Shown here piece after piece: positions 9,312-15,973 of a stretch of 49,440 bases of DNA. Origin of the DNA: Acidobacteriota bacterium (lineage in GTDB: Bacteria > Acidobacteriota > Blastocatellia > Pyrinomonadales > Pyrinomonadaceae); contig QHXG01000166.1 in assembly GCA_003222845.1 (NCBI GenBank), positions 1-49,440 of the forward strand. The letters are read 5' to 3'. The first letter of the stretch is position 1; the number at the start of each line of letters is the position of its first letter. A program made the position numbers and the translations under genes. The notes beneath the pieces are model-generated. The model was not told the origin of the DNA. It saw only the letters and a program-made list of their open reading frames with translations, and ran no database searches.

Positions 9312-9539
9312 CTACTGCTTCGGCATCGGGCACGACTTTCCGCAGCAACACTCGCCCTTCGCTTTGTCCTTGCAGCAGGCGTGGTTTTTCTTCTTGCAGC
9401 AAGTCATCCGTTTTTTGCAACAGCCCTTCATCGCGCAACACGACTTGGCGTAAACCAGATTCGTACCGAAGGTCGCAGACGCGGCCATCAACGTCGCGAC
9501 GCAGGCAAGACTGAGTGCAACTGCTTTGACTCTTCTCAT
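9312..9539 (-). CDS. exported Cys-doublet/Lys-rich mini-protein (paralog of 8873-9061)
   Basis: 75 aa with AGGAGA SD. Signal peptide 'MRRVKAVALSLACVATLMAASATF..' is homologous to the paralog. The mature part is 'KSCCAMKGCCKKRMTCCKKKNHACCKDKAKGECCCGKSCPMPKQ' (12 Cys, 12 Lys, no aromatics). Confidence 0.7.
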   Translation of the reverse strand: MRRVKAVALSLACVATLMAASATFGTNLVYAKSCCAMKGCCKKRMTCCKKKNHACCKDKAKGECCCGKSCPMPKQ

Positions 9540-9555
9540 TTCAGGTCTCCTGTGG

Positions 9556-9578
9556 TGAGTTGCAGAAATAGCAACTCA
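9556..9578. promoter_or_regulatory. 8-bp perfect inverted repeat TGAGTTGC-N7-GCAACTCA abutting the SD of the CC-peptide gene
   Basis: 9556-9563 is the reverse complement of 9571-9578. It lies within about 20 nt upstream of the AGGAGA SD on the minus strand. Confidence 0.35.
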
Positions 9579-9732
9579 GGAAATAGGTTGTTTCAAAGCC
9601 GGCTAACCGAAATATCGAACCGGAGTCTAACTCGAAGCGGTGATTTTGTCGAGAAATTTCTGGAGGTTTATGCCAATGTTTTGTTTGGTGTTGAAGCAAT
9701 TTGAGACTCTGTTCCCCATACGCTGTCGCAAC

Positions 9733-10470
9733 TCAGCCTGACAATTTCTTCACGCGCGGCGGTTCGTATTGCTCGCCGTATTCCGGGTACTCGATCGTTT
9801 TGATCGATCCGGGCCGCGTGTCGTCGGTAAGAAGTTCCAGCGCGTCGCGCAAGACTTGCTTCTGCAATTCGCGCATGCCGGGGCGGCCCAAGCTGTTTCC
9901 CACCTTGAAGCCTTTGGGATAGAGAGCGCGCGGCGGTCGCATCTGCGCCGAGACTTCCGGGCTGACCGTAATCAGCACCGTCGGGATGCCTTTCATTTCA
10001 ATTTCGCGTTGGACCGCCACGACCGTGCGGTGACAGACGTTCGGTCAACCACCCGTGAGCACGACCGCATCGGCGCGCGAGGTTTTGTCGATATCGTTGG
10101 CAATTTCGCGCGCCGTGCCTTCATACATGGCTTTCAATTGCATCGTGTAGCCCATATAGCCGATGTGCTTTTTTGCGATGCCACCGATGAAACCTTCCGC
10201 TTCCAAATCGCGCAGCACATCGATGGGAAATACGACGTTGATGTCCTGATCGGCGTCGGTGTGATCGTAGTGGTGATGCGTCACCATCAACTGTGATGAA
10301 TCAACATCGGGCAAGATTTCCCGATACGTCAGGTCGCCAAGTTCGTCGGCAATATTGAAGGGCTCTTGATCTTTTAAATGAACTCCCCCGGCAGTCACGA
10401 TCGCAAGCGTGCTCTTCGATAGCTCACGCTCAAATGGCGTGAAGGGAACGCATTTTCTCGAGATGGTCAT
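9733..10470 (-). CDS. GrdB-family (glycine/sarcosine/betaine/D-proline reductase selenoprotein B-like) selenoprotein with in-frame UGA
   Basis: Track ORFs 10045-10470 and 9733-10020 are in the same frame, separated only by TGA (10045-10047) and 8 sense codons. The read-through gives '..AVVLTGG-U-PNVCHRTVVAVQREIEMKGIPTVLITVS..MRPPRALY..GRP', 245 aa, matching my recollection of short GrdB-like proteins with U/C before 'PN.C'. A GC stem-loop candidate ACCGC-N9-GCGGU lies at 10013-10031. Confidence 0.75.
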
Positions 10471-10550
10471 AGCCAGATGTCAGAACTTAAGTTAGCAAAT
10501 CTGGACCGAGTTACAAAGTCGCCTTTACTGGGCAAATCCGTTCTCATTAA

Positions 10551-10678
10551 CACCTCGCTTCAGCGAGGTGACTCGAGACGGCGGATTGTACGTTAGCCGT
10601 TTCAACGGCTTATTCGAAACCGTTGAAACGGTTTTCCGGTGCTTGCGGCCCGACGAACACCTCGCTGAAAGCCAGGTG
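10551..10678. repeat. REP-like cluster of four short hairpins with TTCA/TGAA loops
   Basis: CACCTCGC-ttca-GCGAGGTG (10551-10570), AGCCGT-ttca-ACGGCT (10595-10610), AAACCGT-tgaa-ACGGTTT (10617-10634) and CACCT-N11-AGGTG (10658-10678). Confidence 0.8.
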
Positions 10679-10712
10679 TGAATGATATGGGCACCAATTC
10701 GCAAACAAAAAT

Positions 10713-10768
10713 GCCAGATGCGGGATTCTGCTCTCCGACATCTGACATCTGATCTCTGATCCTCTGGC
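10713..10768. repeat. heptamer-periodic low-complexity hairpin element abutting the peroxiredoxin stop
   Basis: ACATCTG|ACATCTG|ATCTCTG|ATCCTCTGG at 10738-10767. The upstream complement GCCAGATG (10713-10720) can pair with CATCTG or TCTGGC. Confidence 0.6.
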
Positions 10769-11233
10769 TTACAGCTTCCTCAAGACTTCAAACAAATCTT
10801 CATTGTCCGGCTGATCCGAAATGTTGTGGATGTCTTTGTAGGCGAGCTTGCCTTCCTTATCCACAATGAACAGCGCGCGTTCGGAGATTCCATCGTTAGC
10901 GCGGTAAGCGCCGTAAGCTTTAGCGACTTCGCCTTTGGGATGAAAGTCGCTTAGCAGGTCATAGGAAAGCCCGCCGAGACTCTTGGCCCACGCGCTGTTG
11001 CACGGGACGCTGTCAACTGAAATGCCCAGGACCTGAGCATCATAGCCCTTGAAGCGTTCGAGGTCAGCCTCGTACGCGGGCATCTGCGCCGTTCAAACCG
11101 GTGTCCAGGCCAACGGATAAAACGCCAGCACCACATTTTTCTGGCCTCGGAAATCCGAGAGCTTCACCTTCTTACCTTTTTCGAGATTACTCCCGAGTTC
11201 AAAGTCCGGAGCCACGTCTCCAACTTCAGGCAT
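10769..11233 (-). CDS. peroxiredoxin (AhpC/TSA/BCP-type) with selenocysteine at the peroxidatic position
   Basis: The track shows only the C-terminal 104 aa. Extending in frame across TGA (11093-11095) to ATG 11231-11233 gives '[13 protein letters not shown]...[40 protein letters not shown]', the canonical PxxxTxxC motif with U for C. Hairpin CGUACGAGG-cuga-CCUCGAACG lies at 11055-11076, 16 nt 3' of the UGA. Confidence 0.8.
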
Positions 11234-11370
11234 GTGATAGAAATTCCTCCTCCTGGAAGATCGAATCAGAGCTTATTGTCTTGCTTGATGAAGTTAAGAT
11301 TAACTTTTTTCGCATGATCGTTCAAGCACAGTTAAGAAATATGTGCAAGTTTGAGGTGGACTCCTACCAT

Positions 11371-11853
11371 TCAGAGGCGTTCGGGCGAAGAAAGCCGCCG
11401 AGATTTTCTCCGTCGCCAACCTTCGCGACATCGAGTGACGTGCTGTGGATGTTGAATCTCGGTAACATACGTTAATGCCTTTGTTAGGTTTTCATAACGG
11501 GAGGCGATTTGTTGCGGTGTGATTTTTGTCAGATCAGGAGCGAGATGTTCCCTTACGAACTCTAGACGATCTTTCCATTTATCAAGTAGTCCCACCTCTC
11601 GAAGCTCGTTGTGAATGTCCTCGAGTCGCTCCAAGATCGGATTAGTAAGTGGAGGCAAAATCGAATTAGTAATAACGTGAATATGATCAGGCATGATGAC
11701 ATAGGCATACAAGGCGAACTGACCGGATCGTCTTGCTTCGTCGAGAGCTCGACAGGTAACCAGTTTGATTTCGTCGGTACGGAAAACTGGTAAACGATCT
11801 TTAGCCACTGACGTGAGATAGAAGCAAGGAGAGTCTCGGGAGATTACATGCAT
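11371..11853 (-). CDS. IS200/RayT-like Y1 (HUH) transposase N-terminal domain with atypical C-terminus, probably degenerate
   Basis: 160 aa. 'FYLTSVAKDRLPVF...YAYVIMPDHIHVI' is the HUH (HIH) motif of Y1 transposases and REP-associated tyrosine transposases. I see no recognisable catalytic-Tyr helix. The 3' end runs into a repeat copy (11374-11440). Confidence 0.6.
   Translation of the reverse strand: MHVISRDSPCFYLTSVAKDRLPVFRTDEIKLVTCRALDEARRSGQFALYAYVIMPDHIHVITNSILPPLTNPILERLEDIHNELREVGLLDKWKDRLEFVREHLAPDLTKITPQQIASRYENLTKALTYVTEIQHPQHVTRCREGWRRRKSRRLSSPERL
11374..11440. repeat. ~65-bp dispersed repeat, copy 1 (direct with 12101-12162)
   Basis: 'gaggcgttcgggcgaagaaagcc...tttctccgtcgccaaccttcgcgacatcgagtgac' aligns with 12101-12162 at roughly 75% identity with one 4-nt gap. 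Confidence 0.7.
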
Positions 11854-11887
11854 GAGGCGTAGCCTCAGAATATATTTAGATCTCGAC

Positions 11888-11931
11888 CGGAAAGGCAGAG
11901 CCTTTCCGCACTGTGCTGCGGCAGAGCCGCA
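11888..11931. repeat. pair of REP-type hairpins sharing a CAGAG loop
   Basis: CGGAAAGG-cagag-CCTTTCCG (11888-11908) and TGCGG-cagag-CCGCA (11917-11931), just upstream of the Y1 transposase-like gene. Confidence 0.7.
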
Positions 11932-12060
11932 ATTAGTGCCTTTATCCTTTCGATAGGTTCCTTATCTTGCATGACGGTCGACCAACCTCGATGACTTGGG
12001 AGTATAAGCGACAGGTGCTCCCGAAAACCAATTCTTACTGCCGCGTCGAAATCGGCTTCG

Positions 12061-12100
12061 GTTTTTTCGGCCGCGCGTGGGTTTTTTCGGCCGCGCGTGC
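12061..12100. repeat. 20-bp tandem duplication
   Basis: 'gttttttcggccgcgcgtgg' (12061-12080) is followed by 'gttttttcggccgcgcgtgc' (12081-12100), 19/20 identical. Confidence 0.9.
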
Positions 12101-12162
12101 GAAGCGTTCGATGCGCCGAAAGCCTCTTTCTCCTTCGCCAGCCTTTGCAAGATCGAGTGACC
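12101..12162. repeat. ~65-bp dispersed repeat, copy 2
   Basis: See 11374-11440. The two copies bracket the Y1 transposase-like gene. Confidence 0.7.
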
Positions 12163-12204
12163 TGCGAAGAAATTTTCAGTGATTGGCGTGGTGAGCCCGG
12201 CTTG

Positions 12205-12224
12205 CTGAATGAATACTCATTCAG
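12205..12224. promoter_or_regulatory. FadR(YsiA)-box-like operator palindrome upstream of the fad operon
   Basis: CTGAATGA-atac-TCATTCAG, a perfect 8-bp inverted repeat 16 nt before the fadN-like start. The TGAATGA..TCATTCA half-sites match my memory of the Bacillus TetR-type FadR box. Confidence 0.5.
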
Positions 12225-12239
12225 TATTATCTACCGGCC

Positions 12240-14651
12240 ATGATTCAGGTCAAAAAAGCTGCTGTCTTAGGCGCGGGCACCATGGGCGCGCAAATCGCCG
12301 CGCACCTGGCGAACGCTGGCGTGCCGACGCTGTTGCTCGACATCGTTCCACGAGAGAACGTGTTAGGGCCCGACGGGACGCCGACTATGGGATTGGAGTC
12401 GCTTGATCGCAACAAGATCGCGCGCGTCGGTTTTGAAGCCGCCAAGAAAGCTAAGCCCGCGGCGTTTTTTACTTCCGATCTTTCTTCGCTTATCACCACA
12501 GGAAATTTCGATGATGATCTGCCCAAACTCAAAGACTGCGACTTAATCATCGAAGCCGTCGTTGAGAATCTCGATATCAAGCGCAGCTTGTTTGAAAGAG
12601 TCGAGCAGTATCGGAAGCCAGGCTCGGTCATTGCTTCCAACACCAGCGGTATCCCGCTGCGCCAACTCGCTGAAGGCCGGTCGGAAGATTTTCGGGCGCA
12701 CTTCCTCGGCATGCACTTCTTCAATCCGCCGCGCTACATGCATCTGGTCGAACTGATTCGCACCGAGTGGACCAAGCCCGAAGTGTCGTGTTCGATGTTT
12801 GGGTTTCTCGACGAGCGATTAGGCAAAGGCGTAGTCGTCGCGAAGGATCGTCCAAACTTCATCGCGAATCGGATCGGCACGTTCGGCGCGCTCGTTACCA
12901 TGCGCACGATGCTCGACGACGGTTATTCGATCGAAGAAGTTGACAAGATCACCGGTCCGGCGGTCGGCCGTCCCAAGACGGCAACATTCCGCACCTTTGA
13001 TCTGGTCGGTCTCGATGTGTTCGCGCACGTGGTTAGGAACTTGCACGAAAATCTCCCTGACGATCCGGAGCGCGAGATGTTCGTTATGCCTGACTTCGTT
13101 ACGAAGATGATTGAGAAGGGCTGGCTCGGCAATAAGACGAAGGCAGGGTTCTATCAGCGGAAAAAGAGCGACGGCGACAAACGCGAGATTTGGACGCTGA
13201 ATTCGGCAACGCTCGATTACCGACCGTCGCAGAAGGTGAAGCTCCCGTCGCTCGAGATGGCCAAGAACATCGAGGACACGCGGGAGCGTCTGAAGACACT
13301 TGCGTGGTCCAAAGATCGGGTGGGCGCGTTTCTCTGGAAGACGCTTTCGCGCACGCTTTGCTACGCCGCTGATCGCATACCGGAAATCGCTGACACGGTC
13401 GTCGAAATCGATCGCGCGATGCGCTGGGGCTTCAATTGGGAGCTTGGACCATTCGAAGTTTGGGATGCAATCGGGGTTGAGAAATCAGTCGCGACATTGG
13501 AAGAAGAAGGCCGCAACATTCCCTCGAATGTGCGGAGCATGATTGACGCCGGCGTGAAGTCTTTCTACCGAAAGAAGGACGGCCAACACTTTTATTATGA
13601 CTTCGCTTCCGAAGAGTATCGGCCGCTCGCGGATCCGCCCGGAACGATCAATCTGAAGTCTCTGAAGGATCGAACGGGCGTTGTCAAGAAAAACTCGGGA
13701 GCTTCGTTAATCGATCTCGGTGACGGCGTCGCGGGTCTCGAGTTTCATTCGAAGATGAATTCGATTGGCGGCGACACGCTCGAGATGTTGAAAGTCGCGC
13801 TCAATGAAGTTGAGAAGAATTTCGTTGGTTTAGTTGTCGGCAATCAGGGCCAGAACTTCTCTGTCGGCGCGAACCTGATGTTGATGTTGATGGAAGCGCA
13901 GGACGAGAACTGGGAAGAGTTGGACATGATCGGGCGCTTTTTTCAGCAATCGGTAATGAGCCTGCGTTATTCGCCGAAGCCGGTGGTGGTCGCGCCGTTT
14001 CAGATGGTGTTTGGCGGCGGCTGTGAAATGGTTTTGCACGCGGATCGTGTACGCGCATCGGCAGAGACTTACATCGGCCTGGTCGAAGTCGGAGTCGGCA
14101 TCATTCCCGCCGGCTGCGGCACCAAAGAGATGCTGGTCCGCGCGCTCGATTCAATTCCCGCAGATATGAAAGAAGCCGATCCTTTTCCGTTCGTCAAACG
14201 CGCTTTTGAAACGATCGCGCTGGCAAAGGTCGCGACCTCCGCGGAAGAAGCGCGTGGTTTTGGTTTCCTTCGCGAGGAGGATTCAATTTCGATGAATCCG
14301 GATCGTTTGATTGCGGATGCGAAAAAGGAAGTGCTGGCCCTGGCAGCCAGCGGGTACGTGCAGCCACAACCGCGCACAGACATTCTGGCGTTGGGAAATC
14401 CAGCATTGGCGACTTTGAAGCTGGGGGTTCACTTGATGAAGCGCGCCGGATACATTTCGGATCACGATGCGTTGATTGGCGAGAAGCTGGCGCGGATTTT
14501 GACGGGCGGCGATCTGAATCATGCGACGCGAGTATCTGAACAGTACCTGCTCGACCTGGAACGCGAAGCTTTTCTTTCCCTGATCGGCACGCGCAAGACT
14601 CAGGAGCGCATCGCGCATATGCTGAAGACGGGGAAGCCGCTAAGAAATTGA
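12240..14651 (+). CDS. fadN: bifunctional 3-hydroxyacyl-CoA dehydrogenase / enoyl-CoA hydratase (FadN-type, HADH N-terminal)
   Basis: 803 aa. It has the Rossmann 'AAVLGAGTMGAQIAAHLA' and 'GMHFFNPPRYMHLVE' of the HADH domain. The C-terminal crotonase-like half contains 'FSVGANL...FGGGCEM'. Confidence 0.85.
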   Translation: MIQVKKAAVLGAGTMGAQIAAHLANAGVPTLLLDIVPRENVLGPDGTPTMGLESLDRNKIARVGFEAAKKAKPAAFFTSDLSSLITTGNFDDDLPKLKDCDLIIEAVVENLDIKRSLFERVEQYRKPGSVIASNTSGIPLRQLAEGRSEDFRAHFLGMHFFNPPRYMHLVELIRTEWTKPEVSCSMFGFLDERLGKGVVVAKDRPNFIANRIGTFGALVTMRTMLDDGYSIEEVDKITGPAVGRPKTATFRTFDLVGLDVFAHVVRNLHENLPDDPEREMFVMPDFVTKMIEKGWLGNKTKAGFYQRKKSDGDKREIWTLNSATLDYRPSQKVKLPSLEMAKNIEDTRERLKTLAWSKDRVGAFLWKTLSRTLCYAADRIPEIADTVVEIDRAMRWGFNWELGPFEVWDAIGVEKSVATLEEEGRNIPSNVRSMIDAGVKSFYRKKDGQHFYYDFASEEYRPLADPPGTINLKSLKDRTGVVKKNSGASLIDLGDGVAGLEFHSKMNSIGGDTLEMLKVALNEVEKNFVGLVVGNQGQNFSVGANLMLMLMEAQDENWEELDMIGRFFQQSVMSLRYSPKPVVVAPFQMVFGGGCEMVLHADRVRASAETYIGLVEVGVGIIPAGCGTKEMLVRALDSIPADMKEADPFPFVKRAFETIALAKVATSAEEARGFGFLREEDSISMNPDRLIADAKKEVLALAASGYVQPQPRTDILALGNPALATLKLGVHLMKRAGYISDHDALIGEKLARILTGGDLNHATRVSEQYLLDLEREAFLSLIGTRKTQERIAHMLKTGKPLRN

Positions 14652-14658
14652 TTTGCAC

Positions 14659-14741
14659 GATTCGTTTAGAGGCGGGCTAACGCCCGGCGCGTCGTAAAAA
14701 CGATTGAAGATAGCGGGCAGTAGCCCGCCTCTAAACGAATC
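14659..14741. repeat. 20-bp perfect-stem palindrome between fadN and the thiolase gene
   Basis: 14659-14678 'gattcgtttagaggcgggct' is the reverse complement of 14722-14741. The 43-nt loop contains sub-hairpins GGGC-taac-GCCC and GCGGGC-agta-GCCCGC. Confidence 0.85.
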
Positions 14742-14759
14742 TCGATTGGAGTTATTATC

Positions 14760-15923
14760 ATGAAAGAAGCAGTAATCGTATCGGCAGTTCGCACGGCGGT
14801 CGGCAAAGCGCCGAAGGGAACTCTGCGTGACACGCGGCCCGACGACCTGGGCGCAGCTGTGATCAAAGAGGCCATCGCGCGCGTTCCTGGTCTGGAAGCG
14901 TCGGCGATTGACGACGTAATCATGGGTTGCGCGATGCCCGAAGCCGAGCAAGGGATGAACGTCGCGCGAGCGGCGGCGATTCGCGCGGGCTTGCCAGTTG
15001 AGACCAGCGCGATGACGATCAATCGGTTTTGAACAATCGCGATGGCCAGCGATCGCATTCGCACCAACGGGGCAGAGGTGATTATTGCCGGCGGACTGGA
15101 ATCGATGTCGATGATTCCGATGGGCGGGCACATCATTCGGCCGAATCCGTATCTGGTCGAACATTATCCTGATTTTTATCTCAGCATGGGCCTGGCGACG
15201 GAGAACGTCGCGCGGAAATACGAAGTCTCCCGTGAAGAACAGGATGAGTTTGCGCTGCGTTCGCACAGCCGGGCGGTCGCAGCCCTTGAGGCGGATAGAT
15301 TCAGAGATGAAACTGTTTCTTTGACGGTCACGGTCGAAGAACTGGACGCTAAAGGCAAGAAGCAGCATCGTGAAATAACCTTCGATAAAGACGAAGGCCC
15401 GCGGCGCGACACTTCAGCCGAAGCTCTCGCGAAATTGAAACCTGCCTTTCAGATCAAAGGAACGATCACGGCCGGAAATTCTTCGCAGATGTCGGATGGC
15501 GCGGCGGCGGCGATCGTGATATCGGAAAATCGCGCCAAAGAGTTAGGCGCCCAGCCGATTGCCAGACTTGTCGCTTACGCAACTGCCGGATGTCCTCCTG
15601 AAGAAATGGGGATTGGGCCGGTCCTCGCGATTCCGAAGGCTTTGAAGCTTGCTGGGCTAACATTAGATCAGATCGATCTGATCGAATTGAACGAAGCCTT
15701 TGCGGCGCAGTCGCTGGCGGTAATCAAGATGCTCGAGCTTAACCCTGATAAGGTCAACGTCAATGGCGGTGCGATTGCCCTCGGTCATCCGCTCGGCTGC
15801 ACGGGAGCAAAGTTGACCGCATCGATCCTGCGCGAGCTTAAACGCCGCAACGGTCGTTACGGAATGGTGACGATGTGCGTGGGCGGCGGCATGGGCGCGG
15901 CCGGAATCTTTGAGTTGATGTAA
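14760..15923 (+). pseudogene. fadA: acetyl-CoA C-acyltransferase (thiolase, FadA-type) interrupted by in-frame TGA at the catalytic Cys codon
   Basis: Track ORFs 14760-15032 and 15042-15923 are in the same frame. The junction reads '[40 protein letters not shown]'. Canonical thiolases have 'NR.C.SGL..I..A...I' here, so the Cys codon is TGA and the next 5 residues (xSGLx) are absent. The C-terminal 'GHPLGCTGA' and 'CVGGGMG' motifs are intact. Confidence 0.6.
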
Positions 15924-15973
15924 TGCAAACTGGCGGTTAGCGCGATCGCAGCCTACAGGCTGCGCTACAAATC

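Noticed and set aside
8873-9539. CC-rich small ORFs as RiPP precursors (leader plus Cys-rich core), possibly tailored by the P450 at 3783-5186
   Set aside because: The N-termini look like ordinary Sec signal peptides (basic n-region, hydrophobic core, A-x-A-like site) rather than RiPP leaders. No radical-SAM, LanM/LanB, YcaO or peptidase/ABC exporter gene is adjacent. The P450 is more than 3.5 kb away behind four unrelated genes. The idea is kept only as a minor alternative.
9769-10296. 175-aa plus-strand ORF, and similar long antisense ORFs at 120-392, 14640-15368, 16273-16788, 23625-24197, 40467-41048 and 32942-33376
   Set aside because: Each lies antisense to, or out of frame with, a gene that has strong domain evidence. 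Their translations are Arg/His/Ala/Ser-rich with no recognisable motifs and no SD. They are typical shadow ORFs of GC-rich DNA.
11101-11475. 124-aa plus-strand ORF
   Set aside because: It is antisense to the N-terminal, Sec-containing part of the peroxiredoxin gene and then runs through a repeat copy. The peroxiredoxin reading explains the region much better.
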